DNA of 64,000 nucleotides from Amoeboaphelidium protococcarum X5 (GCA_023515725.1 JALDTO010000208.1:1-64000), one strand, 5' to 3'. Positions 10,146-24,844 are shown, counted from the stretch's first letter. The notes: a model not told the origin generated them from the sequence alone. Numbers and translations: made by a program.

Positions 10146-13100
10146 TCATAAATCTTACTTTGCAATTTCTGTGAGCATCGCATCGTCAAAGTATTGAGCA
10201 ATAGAGACATCTTCAGACAGTGCTTTACGGCGTCTGGTCTTTAACATGAAATCCCTCGCCAAGTATTGAACAGGTGATGCTTCCATTGGCTTGATGACAA
10301 CACTAGTATCCAGAGGATCTCCAGGCACGGATTGCCAATGACTAAATATCATCTGTACAAACGCTTCTCCCCTGGTCTGCGATCTCAGATCCACCTCAAA
10401 TCCAAAAGAGTCAATGACGGGCAATGTGGCACGCACCTAATAAAGAGGGGAGCCGGCAATAGGCATCTCTCGACTGATCTGACCACGTCTACGCTTCAAC
10501 AAAGTGTAAACTACGGGAAGCGCATCATGCGGCAACTGCACTTCCACCTGGTACATTGGCTCCATCAACTTGGGCGTGGAGATCAGGAGTGCCGTGTACA
10601 CTGCTCGTCTCATTGCCGGCACAATCTAATTAGAATTTCTATCATCAGCTGACTCGAGAGCCAATTGCAAGCCAATCAGTTTGAACACAATTCCATGGAG
10701 TGGCTCTTCACAAAGCGGGCCTTCCCTACATGCCCATTAAAAGCCAAGTTTGAGATCATCGATAACCGATAGTAATAGTTCCTGATCAACATCTTCCGGT
10801 ATGGTGTCATTGATTAACACATTAGTTGGTCTTCCATTGTCTGGACCAAATGCTATAATGTTCCTACTCATCAATTTATCCCAGCCGTACTTGTTCTCCA
10901 GAAGCTTCCTCAACTACTTCTTATTCTTCATACTCAAATCAATACGACCATCATGCAAGTCTTGTGCCAATTGAGCAGACATTGGTTCCGCAGTGATAAA
11001 TATCCGATTCTTCTTGTTTAGAGACTCTGCCACGCACTTGAGCGGCGACTTGTCTTCAATACCTTCACGAAATACAACCATAGGATCACTGACACGCACC
11101 TCAATCTGACCAAAGACATTTCTCAGATCACTCATCACACAGTCCATATACAGCTCACCTGTACCTAGAAGGGCGTGTTCCCCAGACTCTTCCACCTGGA
11201 CAACTAACGCCGGATACTTTTTCTACAGTAACTTTAGTGCTTCAATCATTTATGGCAGTTCAGATGCAACCAGAGGCTCAATACAAATCTTCCAATACGA
11301 CATTACACTATTAGTACTATTCACAGTATTATGATTGAAGTTGATACTTGAATTCTAGTTGATGTCTAGCGAATTTCCAAACAATTCAGAGGAGCCAACG
11401 AGCAGATTGTACTTTGCTTTAACTGTACCTGAAGACTATTTCATAGAATTAACCTCAAAGAGTGCCCATGATCCGACACCCAATGACTTTACAGGGATCC
11501 GGTGTCGTGTTTGATATAACCATACATTCTGTACAGTCACCGTCGTCAATACGCCAGAGTTGGAATCAAAATCATCAATGTACGATAATCGCGCACCTGC
11601 AGTCAACTTACCACTTATAACGCGTCCAAATAAACTAGATGACTTTCCATCCTAGTTGGTAATATGCTTAGCAATTCTAATAATCAATGGACGATCAGTA
11701 TTAGAACTAGAAACTACTGGGCGAATACTGTCTACAGCTATAAGACTCTACTATCTCAATATGGCTGACTCTTATATAGGACTAGGAGAAATATCCACTA
11801 CCAAGTCTGTGAAAGCTCCTACAGAACTATCACCAAAGAAAGCCTGCAATATCTTGCTCAATTGAGGTCGAGCATTACCTTCAAGAGTCTGGAATTTGAC
11901 ATCTTTCTGGGCCATTTTCAAACCATCAGTAACAATGCGATTAAGTTACTACTTCCTCTCCGCCACCAGAGTATTGCTAAACACCTTATACAAAGGGTTT
12001 AGTATAAAGTTAACGAACGATCGCTCCAGCTTCTTACCTTAACCTTCAATTCTCTACTGTCTTGTAAACTTGCGGCTGTCCTAATTATAATACAAATCTC
12101 CCCATAATCGCCGGGTAAATTCTTCCAAGTTCAAATTCTTGGCCACTTTCTACCAGCACCTAGTAGCATAAATTGAAGCAAAAGATGACAACGTGAACAT
12201 GAATCCATACTGAGCAGACGCAAATAGGACATTGTTCAATTCCGGGCTAACTCTATATTATTCCCACATACTATCAACGACAAAGACGCCACTATCTCCC
12301 TTCTCCTTAAAGTAATCACGAATCACCAGATTAACTTACTCAATACAATGACGAATCTCGTGATAAGCATCTGCAGGAGGCAAGCGCAGTTCCAAGATTA
12401 ATCTATCCAACTTGTTAACGCACAGAACAAGGCGGACGTTAGACTGCAAACACGCCTCAATCTACTTCTCTGCACTTACAGTCACACCTTCACACACGTC
12501 CAGTACCAGGACTGCACATTCACTGAGTGGCAGAGCACATCCGGGCAGTAGGGCCATAAAATCAGGATGACCAGGTGTGTCCATCAAATTCACCGCATAT
12601 CTCTTACCATCTCTCTTATAAGATTAAAGCATTAGAGTAATAGGATGAGCATCTAAACTAATCCTACGACTTCTTTCCATCAACAGATTATCCAAATATC
12701 TACTCAGCACTGGATGCTCTTTACGATTATCACTATGAATGTCAATAAATGGCATACCATTATCGTGATTCTACTAATTTTAATTCACTTACTGCAAGAA
12801 CATACAGCTATTAATTAACATAGTTGCAAGCGCAGTCTTTCCAGAGTGAAGAGGACCAATTAGACAAACATTTCTAGTATTCACGGGGTTAGATAGTAGC
12901 TATTACATGTAATCCATAGAGTATCTATACTGGGGCACTTGCAAGTCGCGTAACTCAAATTTCAACTCTGTCAACGGCTCAATAATAGGCTACGTGATTG
13001 GCTACGTATCTTCATCCATTCTCACTTGTTCATAATCTTCTTCTTAATTGGTATTCCTGTGCTATATGGTGTCCATATTATTCTGTTGACCATAGTAAGC

Positions 13101-13229
13101 ATCAGCATTATCTACCATACTCAGATCCTAATGCTGGCCGACTTGAGATCTTTCAACATCATCGCTGGCATATTCCTCAGACTATGGTGCACCAATTGGA
13201 TTACCAAATTCATCATACTCCACATCCAT
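10146..13229 (-). CDS. SNU114: U5 snRNP GTPase Snu114/EFTUD2
   Basis: [10 protein letters not shown] start; [17 protein letters not shown]; [24 protein letters not shown]; [19 protein letters not shown]. Confidence 0.96.
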
Positions 13230-13496
13230 ATTATATTTACCAGACAAGATCAGACAGTATTTATAACTAAGGAATACGATTTATTAGTGCAAATTGTGAG
13301 CGACCTGTAGATTAAACACGCGTAAGTTCTATAGTTTGAGTTATTAAAAAGAGAGTATAAGAGAGAGAAAGCTAAGCGCGATTTAACTCCGGGAGGAATT
13401 TTTAAAGCGCGCGTTAACTAAGCCGTAGTACCTTATAGTTCTACTAGAGAAGTACCTTTGTGTGTGAATAGTATTCGCCGTTTGTATAGACTTAAT

Positions 13497-15215
13497 ATGA
13501 CAAAGAAGCCTGACAGAATCACGTAATTACTTTATTCGCTCGTATTTTTTATTTTATTCAAACTCAGCTAAAGTCGAATTGTAGTACAGTATCGTGTCCA
13601 GGCAAAGTCTTGATGCTGGGTGGATATGTGGTGCTGGATGAGAGATTCGCTGGTTATGTTCTGGCCACTGATGCCCGGTTCTACTGCACGGTGGAGAGTG
13701 TACATAGTGTTAATGGCTACGATACAGACTTTTGCCATGTGAGCGTAAAAAGTCCCCAATTCACCAAATCTGATCGTCGCTACTTAATCTACAGAGGCAC
13801 TGCTATTTAATCTCGCAGCTAGCCCGATCTTTATTATGATGACTTAATACGATTACAGTAAGATATTGTATTAGTTTATTTTCAATGTATAGTAAGTATT
13901 CCCCATAATTGAGATTCCGTGTAGGAGTGCTGCACGTGAGATGAATGATAATGACTTTATCGATGTCACGTTAAAAGTTGTGCTGTCTTTACTGCGTGCT
14001 CATGCAATAGACAACAAGACTGAATTTCCCTTTAAGATTTACATTACCATTGCGGCGGATAATGATTTCTATTCATAATCTGGAAACTTGAAAAATCGTG
14101 GATCATCCAGCAATCTTGGTGAACTGAAGCAATTACCAAAGTTTGCACTGATGGGTACTACAGTCAGCAATGTCCAGAAGACTGGTCTTGGTAGTTCTGC
14201 TGCTCTCGTTAGTAGCCTGGTATCTAGCCTTATGATTAATCTTTTTCATTGTGATTAAGATATGAGTGACGATTGTTCCCAATAGTTGGAATAGTCTAAT
14301 ATTGTGAATAACAATGCTATCATGTCGAGAATTCATAATACTGCATAATTGTGTCATTTCATAGCACAGGGTAAGGTTGGTAGTGGATTTGACGTGTCTT
14401 CTGCTCTATACGGCTCTTAGAGATTCTAGACATGGAGCCGGCAGGGATTAGAGTCAGCTTTAGATGTCCTAAAATAAAATTCAGTGACTAAACTAAAGAG
14501 TGTAATTGATGGTAATGATCAACTTTGGTCATAGAAGGTGTCAAGCTTCAAGTTGCCTTCATGGATGCAGATAGTTCTTGCTGATGTGCACGTAGGATCT
14601 AGTACCCCGTCTATGGTAAAGAAGGTGTTGCAGTGGAAAAGTGAAAATCCTGAAGTTGGTGAAGAATTATTCTAGTCATTACATACAGCGAACTAAGCAG
14701 TTGCGGTGATATTGGAAGAACTATGCGAAATTGAATTATTAACGGATGAACTATTTTTGTTGGCTCAAGTCAAATTCTCATCTAATGAGAGTGGGAATGT
14801 GTCGCCAGATGGAATATATTAATCAAAGGCGTATAAATTACTGTGCCAAGTAAGAGAAGCATTGCGGGATGTGAGATAAAAGATGCGCTAGTTATCAGAG
14901 TTTGCAGGCGTTGAGATTGAACCACCTACGTAGACTGAACTCTTGGATAGGAGTGATGAGATTGAAGGTGTTATTGCATCTTCTTGTCCGGGTGCAGGTG
15001 GTTATGACGCCATATATTGCCTGGTTATCAATAGCGATCAAGTTGTTAACCGTCTCGATTCGTTCTGGTAGTCTTATTAGTCAACGTCAACTGCCGATCA
15101 TCATGGCTAGGTGAAAGTGCAAATAATGCCTACCAGAGCTTCGTCTGACTGCGGTCTAAAGCTGGAGCGTGAAACTGTCTCTTCAATGATACATAATAAG
15201 GGATAGTATTTATGA
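13497..15215 (+). CDS. ERG8: Phosphomevalonate kinase; introns 13523-13584 and 13858-13924
   Basis: SCPGKVLMLGGYVVLD, ADNDFY, KTGLGSSAAL, AQGKVGSGFDVS, GSSTPSMV, PGAGGYDAI. Confidence 0.93.
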
Positions 15216-15387
15216 GAACCACTGTGTGTAAGTTTAATATCAGCTGACTACCTATCCACATTTATTGCGCCACTTTGTTTGATCTTCGTTTCGTTTCTTC
15301 GCCACATATGACCATTGTTAATCACTTTATCACTTTTTAGTGCCTATTAATAATTTTGTTATATACGCATCAAATTGATATAGAAAT

Positions 15388-16524
15388 ATGACTCAAGATG
15401 ACAAAGTAGCTAATGCTCAGCAGAAACCTGTTACGATTGAATATGTTGATTTGATTGATGAGAGCAAGAGGTTGCAGGTACTGGCTTAGATTGAGGAGGC
15501 GTTTGGTAATCATCCCACCGCTTTAGGCATAATCCTGATTAAAGATATTCCACATTATGAGACTCTGCGATAGACGCTATTACCGCTAGCGTCTAAACTG
15601 GCTCGCCTACCGCAGAGTGAATTGGAAGAACTGGAGGATCCAGAGTCGAGCTATATGTTTGGCTGGTCTCATGGCAAGGAGATTATGAAGAGCGACGGCA
15701 GGCCTGATTTTGCCAAGGGTTCGTTCTATGCTAATCCTGTGTAAGTTAAGTAAGAATTACGCGATTTAGATCCTGAAATAGTGCAGCGATATCCAGAGTA
15801 TTGTCATCCGAATCTTTGGCCGTAATCTCTGCCTCAGCTGAAGCCTGCAATGTAGGATCTATGTAATTTAATGCTCCGAGTTGCTGGAGAGGTTGCGATA
15901 TTATGCGATCAATTTCTTTCTAAACATACATTGAAATAATAGTCTTAGAGCCGATGTAGTCTATAATCCATAGTTGGTAATACTAAATGTCTGAAAGCGC
16001 GTCTGCTCCACTATTTCCCATAAAGTGATTAACCATCGACATGTAAGAGTTCGGCGTTGAACGATGATCTCTGCGGTTGGCATGTTGATCACTCCTGTCT
16101 CACAGTACTGACTGCCCCAATGATAATGAAAGATGTCCCATCCACATCGTCTCTAAGAGATTGCACATCTAATACTTGTAATGACAGTAACGACGATGGA
16201 TAAGAGATTGAATTAAAAGGATAGTTTGGTGGTGGATTGCATATAAGAAATCGCGATAATCAGATTGTTAGAGTTTAAATTCCAACCAATTGTATGGCTA
16301 TTCAGACTGGCGAAGCATTGGAAATTATGAGTGATGGAACACTCAGAGCCACACCTCACTGCGTATCTAATCTTCAGGTTTCTCCCAATTGTGACTTGAG
16401 CAGAGATAATCTGGTTAGAAATACTCTAGCGCTGTTCATTTAACCAGATTGGACATAAGAACTGAGATAGGGATTATCGTTTGCTGAGTACACTTAGAGC
16501 GTGTTAAAGCAGCATTATAAATGA
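15388..16524 (+). CDS. 2-oxoglutarate/Fe(II) oxygenase superfamily protein
   Basis: GWSHGKE, KGSFYANP, RLLHYFP, CGWHVDHSCLT (HxD), QTGEALE, RATPHCV. Confidence 0.9.
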
Positions 16525-16588
16525 ATAATGAGGATGTTTTAATGAATTGTTATTTTGTATTGCATTTAATTCAGTCACACTCATATTT

Positions 16589-17734
16589 TCATTACTTGAC
16601 AAAGGTGGCATCAATCTACTTAACTGAGGGGAGAGTCATTTTAATCTTGAGACGATACTGAATATCTTGAGCCAGTGGATTCCCTTCAAAGTACACAGTC
16701 TCCAACTTTAAAAGTCCACTCAGCTCCTTCTCTACCTCCTTAAAACTCTCAATTTTATTATAACTTGCCTACACATACGGCTATTTATTATTTACACTGT
16801 TTCTACTCAGATATCGAAATAAGATGATTGAATTACCCAAAACTCTTCCAAGCATAATAGGTGTGATAAGTTTTATACTGAGGCAATCTGATTACTTCCA
16901 ATGTCTAGTACTCTCAACTTTAAATTCTAATCCAGGCCGCCAATTTCTGTTAATTTATTATGACTGATATAGAGTTCCTCCAGCTATGAGAGTTTGTCCA
17001 TATGCTCGATGGTTGTAATCTTATTTGACTGAATGCTTAGGATACGAAGCTGCTGCAACTTTTCGAGTCCTTCCAACTTGGTAATCTTATTCTTGCCAAG
17101 GTACAGCTCTCTAAGACTAGTTAATTCATCTAGACCTTCAATACGCGAGATTCTATTAGCTCCCAATTCCAACACTTATAACTACTTCAAGTGAGATAGA
17201 TTGGCCATCTTCTAAACAGCATCCTGCACAAAGTACAAGTGCGTCAGATTGACTAGCGAGTCCAGTCCTTCAATAGCTCTAATCAAATTAAACGACAAAT
17301 CCAGTGAACTACAACACAATACTATACGACAATTACCATCAATGTAATAAAAATAGTAGATAAAGATGAGTGCAGAATATAATAATCTTACACAATGCTA
17401 GACAAATGATCGAGATGCTCAACGCGCTCAATCCTGTTATCGTACAGATCCAGAGTCTTCAATTATTTAGAGGTAACAGACTTGAGTGGTTCCATAGATT
17501 AGATCAAATTCTATCGCAGTCCCAGGTACGTTAACTGACTAAATCTATCCAGCTGAGGAATAACTCTTAATCTCTCATGAGTCAAATCAATTTCCTACCA
17601 TTACATTCATACCAGATTGTAACAACATTATGATGATAAATAGAACAATTGGATAAATCACATACCTCAATGTCTGCGGGTACATCATCCAGAAAGTGTT
17701 CATCCTAATTTGAATTATCTTCAGTATCAGCCAT
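16589..17734 (-). CDS. SDS22: PP1 regulatory subunit Sds22 (LRR); introns 17595-17665, 17309-17391, 16769-16836
   Basis: LDLYDNRI, LDLSFNLI, LELGANRI, LYLGKNKI, LSIQSNKI, TVYFEGNPL, QIDATFVK. Confidence 0.94.
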
Positions 17735-17833
17735 GACTTAAAATTATCTAATCTAAAAGCTATATACTGTATACTGTAATGTTACCGTGGTATTTAATCG
17801 CGCAAGATCTACAACGGAGAAGAAAAGAAATTG

Positions 17834-18996
17834 GGCCGATCTCTTGTTCGTGCACCTCAAAGATTTTTTGAAAATTTTCTGTAGTAGATCACTAGATGAT
17901 GGTTCGCTTGTTTCACAAGTATTTTGATATGATTTGTAGCATTATAGTATATATGGTTCTCATTGAAACTGGTCTTAAATCGAGATATTCTCTCTGAACC
18001 CGTGTCTTTCCTTTAACAAATAACTCACCTTGTTTGATTATTACTCTGCTAAAAATGAAGGTTAAAGTCTCATTGATTGATGACTTGTCGCGTCACTTTA
18101 ATGTCACTGGTATTATTCTGATTCTACATCTGTAGCTCTATTTGTCTTATTATGTATCCAAGTCAAAAAACGTGCGCTATCCATACCTGCAAAGTCAAGA
18201 TTCTAGACTAGACGATACTTCCGATTGCTATCCGTGTGTTCAGAGTAAATCAGAAACTCGGATATCAATGACGCATCGTGACGTGGTCTGATATGATGGT
18301 GTTAGTGATTGAATCATTCCCTGTTAAAATGATGCAAGTTGACGCCTTACTTCTCTTCTTGATAAGAAATTGCAGAAATTGTGATATTGTTGAATAATAG
18401 AAAGTTGCATTTTCATCTGTAGGTGCGTCCCTATTGAAACTGTCTCAGTCTTGGCGCTGGCCATTTCACAGAGTATCGCGTTAATGTCTGAGCTTGCATT
18501 GTAATGTCACAGAGTTTAGCAAGGGGGAAGTAACATTGGTTGCAGTTGACCTGGTGGAGTAGCTTATTTGCTTGTAATGTGTGATGTCTATGTACATATC
18601 TTGCTGAATATTATGGTGCTGAAATTAATGTTTGGTCGCTATATCAAGAAGTATTTCCGGTTGCTTATCATTATTGTTGCATCATACTGTGATTATCTTT
18701 GCGTTTTGTTGGGTAAATGGTGGACGGCTGCCGTGCTTAGTACTGCTATGGAGGCGCTCATTGGTACTGCAGATGTTGAAAGGTTTATGCAATGAGTTTA
18801 AGCATGGTGTCAGGCTAAACTGATCAAGGCTAAGGTGATGGTGTCCAGTTATAATATCAGGTTGGATTATGGGCTTTGTTACGTCGTTGAGACAATTTGA
18901 AGATTGCAGTCGCTAATACGGGGGTATGTGGGTACCCCGATGAAAAGATCGCCGGAGCTTTTTTAAAGTGTACGAGTGATCGCTTAACCCACATGT
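17834..18996 (+). mobile_element. Non-autonomous internal-deletion derivative of the Helitron-like element at 34750-43431
   Basis: 17834-18880 aligns with 34750-35815 and 18874-18996 with 43309-43431; joined at CTTTGTT. Confidence 0.92.
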
Positions 18997-19175
18997 CGCG
19001 CGGTCGCTGCCTACCTGCTGAATAGTCAGTCTCATTAGAATGGGACCAAGAGGAAACATTATGGGTACTATCTAAAAGTGTTCCATGATACTAATTTAAC
19101 GATGAATGTATTGCATAGGCATTTAATTCATTTCCTTTTATCATTAGATTAAAAGTCACATTACTAATCTCCAGA

Positions 19176-20549
19176 TCAGCGCTGTGGTTGATCCTCACCC
19201 ATATTCACATCATGACCAGGACAAGAAGTATCCTTTAACTGATCCAGAAAGCTGGTTGCATTAATAAAGCCTTCGTCAAAGCTAATCTGGGCAGCAACTT
19301 CCTTTGCTCTACTCTTCAGCTTAGGATTCAATCCTTGCTAGATGGCTGCAACCAATTTCTTGGCCTACAACTTTTAATAAGTCTGTGGCTTTGGGGCGTC
19401 GCGACCCAGCAGATTGTAAGTCTACTTGCCATAGTACGGCTGATCACCGAAACAAGACACCACCATGGACGGTGTTCCTGAAGCCAATGCAGCCGCTGTA
19501 GTACCGCTTCCACCGTGATGAACGATAAAATCACATTTAGGGAATAGGAGAGAGTGAGCACATCCAGCCAAAGGATAGACGTATGATGGAAGATCTTTCA
19601 ATTGCACTAGAGCACTGGCACCAGGAGTGCTCTTGCCAACATAAAGTACAATGCGCCACTGCAGATTCTTCATAGACACCAAGTCACAAAACTCTCCAAT
19701 AAATTTCTTAAAAGATTCAGATATGGTGACTGGCATAGAACCGAATCCGATGTAGATAACTGATTGGTTATTCTGTTGCGCCTAGCTAATGAACTATTCC
19801 AACGCGTCATCTAGCTTCTTTTCAATACTGTCAGAACGATCCAATATATATCCACCAACCATGGCATTCGCAGGCCAATCAGCAGGTTTCTACAACACAA
19901 CGCTACTAACAGCATAAAAAGCTGGATGAGAATCTGTCCACTGACGGAACTGCCATGCAGATTGAGGCAGTTCTACGTTGTACTTCTCTGCCCATGCGGA
20001 TACTAAAGGCTGCTGCATCTTCCACATGACCTTGTCGAGCAAATCGTAGCTCAAGCCATTCCATAGCTTCAAGTTTGGGATAGGTAATAGCGGATTCGGA
20101 AAAAAGCTTGTACGATGGGATGGATACGTCAGCCAAAGTCCAGAGGGCTTTTGCAGAGTCTTTCCGGCAAACATCGTAAAGAGCATAGTGATCTGATTAC
20201 CAATAATCAAATCATGATCACGGCATATCTCAATAATGGCTTCAAGTTTTTAAGTTTCCACTTCTGGAGGCTCAGCGATCATCTCCAAGAACTTGGTAGT
20301 GTCTCCTTTGGCAATAGCCTCAGCCATATCTGGTCGTGCCAATTCAGCGTCAACGTCCTTTTTATCCTTGAACATTGTCTAGAAATTGATATTCTTGGAC
20401 TCGATCCACTGCTTATAGTTTTCATTAGTAACTATGGTGGGCTTGTACGAGGTATTTTACAAGAGATACTCACTCAATAGCACGAATGGTTGAACATCGC
20501 CACGCGTACCAACAGTTACAAACGCGATTCTACAATCCTCTTTAGTCAT
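19176..20549 (-). CDS. Sterol 3-beta-glucosyltransferase-like GT-B enzyme (catalytic domain only)
   Basis: TVGTRGDVQPF, KPADW, YIGFGSM, HSLLFPKCDFIVHHGGSGTTAAAL, FGDQPYYG. Confidence 0.92.
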
Positions 20550-21136
20550 ACTTTATTATTACAATTATCAATCTCGTCAACTCCAATATTTGCTGAATCT
20601 ATCAAATATCAAAGATTATCTGAGATAAGGCTTTGTGCTCTTAAGAGATAACAAGGATTGTCCAGAAGTCTAAGCCCCAATGCTTCAAGGGGCTCAATAG
20701 CGAATTAAGGATACCTTATTGTTGACAACGGGAGTAGTTAAACAGTACTCAATTAAGATAAGGAGGTAATATGACACATTTCAGACATTTACAAAGAATT
20801 CAGCTTTACAAGATCAGATCAGTTATTGCAATGTTCCAAGTTAAAACAGCTACGTAATAACAGATCAAAACATCTTAGGATCTACAATGTCGCTCTTGAT
20901 TGATATAATCAAGGCTGATCAGTTTCGATACTTCTTTTATATGGAGATACCGCACTTAAAATAAAGTCCCTTGAAGCAGTATCCAACCTTTCTGTTATGC
21001 TTCATTGAAATATCTATTCAGTTAGATCTAGCAGCATGCATAGACGAATTGTAATCGAATTACAGGCGAACGCGTTCATTAGGCCGGTCTCTCATCTTTT
21101 CACCTTAAGAGAGCCTTTCGAAAAGATTAGTAAGCC

Positions 21137-21742
21137 ATGGCGACTCAGAACGGTGATGGAAATGATAGTAGCCAGTGGAAAGAGTATGGTCGACGCGTAT
21201 TTAACGGTGTTAAAGTCTTGTATGATTACTTGGAAGGTCCTTCTATTGGCCGGTCCATGGAACCTGGTATTGATAATATTGATGACGCTGGTGCCATTAC
21301 TAATTTTTAAAATGATGTCGCGATTGAACCAGATTACAATACTATGCAAGATATAATGCCGCTAGATGAGTGGAAGGCTATGAGTAATGTGTAGAGACAT
21401 CAATTCTTGGACCAATTCTATCCGGTGTAGGATAAGCTTAAACATGATTAGATTGGAGAAGAGTTATGTGCGCAAGAACTGCTCGATCTTTATCAATGCG
21501 TAAATATCGGTGGCGGCGAGGATCTATTGTCCAGATGGAGAAACTAGTATTAAAAAGAATCCTTCCTCAGTGGTGCTGAACTGGACAGGTGCGGTTAGTA
21601 GAGGAAACGCGTTAAATCTTGTAAAGAGTTGATGTCACTGACAGCTAAATGTGAGGCTGTCTATGGAACAGAGGCCAAGTAATACATTCAGATAGTACAT
21701 CAAGGACTTAATGATTACAAACTGCGGTAACAGAGTTTATGA
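21137..21742 (+). CDS. Hypothetical protein with twin CX9C motif
   Basis: Open in table 6; CAQELLDLYQC and CGQQRKRVKSC; start codon uncertain. Confidence 0.6.
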
Positions 21743-21829
21743 TAAATTGATATTATTCATTTTGTTAAAGCACGTTTATTGTCTGTTTTAATCACTATAT
21801 ATCATTTCCAATTCAGCTTCCCATGCTGT

Positions 21830-22756
21830 TCACTAAATGCCGCAGCCATATGTTGCCATCTCGTCATTGGAAATATCTTGAATCATTTAGTTGTACTTTG
21901 GGCCGTAATGTTGTCTAAGTATACCCGTCTTGTTCCTTGGGCATAGCATGGTATGATTCCTTATGGCACACTTATCTCTAGTCAGTGGATATATATCTGA
22001 ATGAGACAATGGACACTGGGAGGGGTTGATTCTCAGCTGTCCATTGGCGAGCTTGAATTCTTTGTATATGTCGTAGTATATAAACTTCTTGTAATACTCT
22101 GACTAAATTTTAGTTCTATTCATAGCATGCAGCACAAGATTCGATATCAAAGGATGGCCATACGATAGACAGACTCGTGCTAGGCGTTCACCGCCTCGAT
22201 ACAGTACAAAGCCAGCTTTATGCAAATCTCGGTGAACGGCCGGATTTAGGAGCATTTTCTCAAAAGCATTCGCATTAACAGCAAGATCAACGTCCGGTGT
22301 CCACCCAAAAATGTCATTATATTAAGAGCCAAGTAGCGTGCCAAAGACCAAGTAATGCTCGATATGATGCTTATTTAGTAAACGGTCCAACTGTTTCAGA
22401 CCGTGAAACAATATGTCATTACAGATAGGCAGCTTCTTAGATAATTATTGAATTGGAGGATAGTTGGTATATTCAGATCCATTCAAATGCTTAAAAATGC
22501 AGACAAATTGAGCGCAATCTTCCCATGAGCTGAATATTTCATACTAAAGACGTGGTTTGACCAATACTGATTTCAGGCGCATGTTTTGCTAAATTTCTTT
22601 GACATTACCAGCGCCATTAACGACACTCTTATGCTACGGAACACTTACGATTGACAATGCAAATAGAATGCACAAGAACAATAGAATGAAGACTCTACAG
22701 TGCGCCAGTGTTATTTATTATCTGTACTCTGTAACCATTTCTATATGCTTATCCAT
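21830..22756 (-). CDS. LicD/fukutin-family nucleotidyltransferase, type II membrane protein
   Basis: N-terminal TM VFILLFLCILFALSIV; YLVFGTLLGS...GWTPDVDL; CPRN...LRQHYG. Confidence 0.85.
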
Positions 22757-22902
22757 ACAATAAGAGTGAACAATAAAAAATGTCATAAGCGACGCGTGTC
22801 GTAAAGCGTTTCAAAACAAATCCACAACGACAAATGTTGAAACGAAAATTTCTGGCTCGTCAATTTACGCGCTCATTATACACAACAACGTCATCAATAT
22901 TA

Positions 22903-24844
22903 TCAATTTGCACCTGCAGAATCTTCATCGTCATGAATGAAAAGAACATCAATCGAGCCATGATCTGTCTGCTGAGTAAGATGAAGATTCTCCGCAGATT
23001 ACAGAACCACACAGGAATGCTCCGGGGGGTTCCATCTTTCATGAAGTACGGCGTATGCACGTCTCAGTTCTCCGACATAGCGATGAGGAAGGAAGCGGCT
23101 CTGAATTCTGTGAAAGTCTGTTCCGTATTTTTATATACCAGATCTTAGCAGCTGCTACTCCTTGTCCAGAAACGGCTTCCTTGAGCTGAAATAATACTGT
23201 TTGATTAGAGTATTACCACCAACGCGTTTCGCGCTCTAATTCTTCAGCCTATTAATAATCGCCTGATTAGACTTATGCGGCAAATGTTGCTCTCGAATCA
23301 TGTTGTAATTTTGTCCATACTCATACAGGGACATGATAAGGAGCTCATCTTCTACGGCCCTGAATCCAGCTGGCTTCTCTACATTTGATGATAAAATAGA
23401 AACAATTAATAATCATGTGAAGAGCATTGCTTTAAAACTTACCTTTGACAGTCCAATCTGGGAAAAGTTTACCATCAAAATGAAGTCCAAGGTTCATTAA
23501 CAGAATTTACAACGAGTTTGGAAAGGGAATATAAGTCCTCTTCTTGCGGTTCAGAGACGCTGCTTGGCCCATGATATTCCAATTCTGAAGCAAGCCTTTA
23601 TTAAAGTCTGCAGAGATTGGTGCATGTTCGATATCCTTAATCGTTTTGACTAACAGAGGCAATTGATTTTTAAGAAGATGTACTTGATCAAGCATAGTCG
23701 ACGTGGATTGGGTATCATTCATCCCCAATCTCACCAGATCAATAAAACCAGACAGTTATAGCTTCCAATGATTAAAGTTTTATAGATTTAGCAGTTGAAA
23801 TTCTTTAGAAATAGCGAGCGATTACAACACTATTTAGAGATTTTCTGATAGCTACTGCCGGAACTAGCAAAGCATTTCTTAGTCAAACAACAATATACGC
23901 GCAGCAGCATTATCTTGCACCTCCTCCTCATTAGATTATGAATTTTCTGAGCTGTCACCAGCTTCATCTTCGGCCACGTCAGCGCTCAGTTCAAACAAAT
24001 CTAAAAGCTCATCTTTGGTAACTTGCACCTCATCATCATCTCTGTATTCATCACCAGGCTCTCTGGTCTTACTAACACGGTTCTCAGGGAAGAGAGAATC
24101 ATTATCACTATCATCATCATCATTGTCAACATTGTTCGAATTATCATTGCCGTTATCAATAATATCAACGCCAGTGAGAATGTTATTCTATACAGTTTAA
24201 TCAATAATTGTACTCTTTTAGAGGTTCAAATTAGATTTGAAGATTTAATATTCATCATCTGAGCCAACCATCTCCAGTAATTTGCGCTTAAGACTTTTAT
24301 TATTATTACTATTACCTTGAACATTTTATTAATCAGACTAAGTTTAATCCTCAGCACTTGACTGAATGTATTGTAGAACTTGAGCATCATCCCATAAAAA
24401 GTCATCCAAACCATTTTGTTTATTATAACTCTGCGTTATGCTATCAACAGCGTTCTATGCAGCAGTATCATTATTCAATAATTCATCTACTACCGGTTTA
24501 CTGTATTCAAAGTAAATAATTCTAGGACCATAATATATCAAAGCAACATTCAAGCGATGTAGATGCTACTCAATTAAAGCTTTACGCAAGGCCAGTCGTT
24601 AAAGTGTAGGCTCAAGGATAATTTCTTAAATTTCACAATCAGACAATCGTTCACTAATGTGGTTCAGAATGGATATCAACTAAGCAATTCCATCTTCTGC
24701 ATCTTCAGAATCAGGCAAGACCGTGAGAGGACACTCTTACACTGAGTGGGCAGCAACGAAATCCCCTCTTTTCAACTCAACAAAACCACCACACACTGGG
24801 CAGCAGTTGTTCAATGGCACATTAAACCCATCTTTCACGGTCAT
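22903..24844 (-). CDS. GON4L/YY1AP1-like protein with tandem SANT/Myb repeats; intron 23379-23441 (frame open to ATG at 25033)
   Basis: N-terminal CPVC...H...C, acidic tract, FRAVEDELLIMSLYEYG...LPHKS...RLKNQ...NTLIK and FLDKEQQLLRSGIQKYG...LPHR. Confidence 0.7.

Noticed and set aside
13542-13892. Ultra-short 25-26 nt introns in ERG8 (13542-13567, 13868-13892)
   Set aside because: They restore frame, but 62- and 67-nt alternatives with GTAA donors fit the window's size range and give a better N-terminus (ITTVSCPGK); RNA-seq would settle it.
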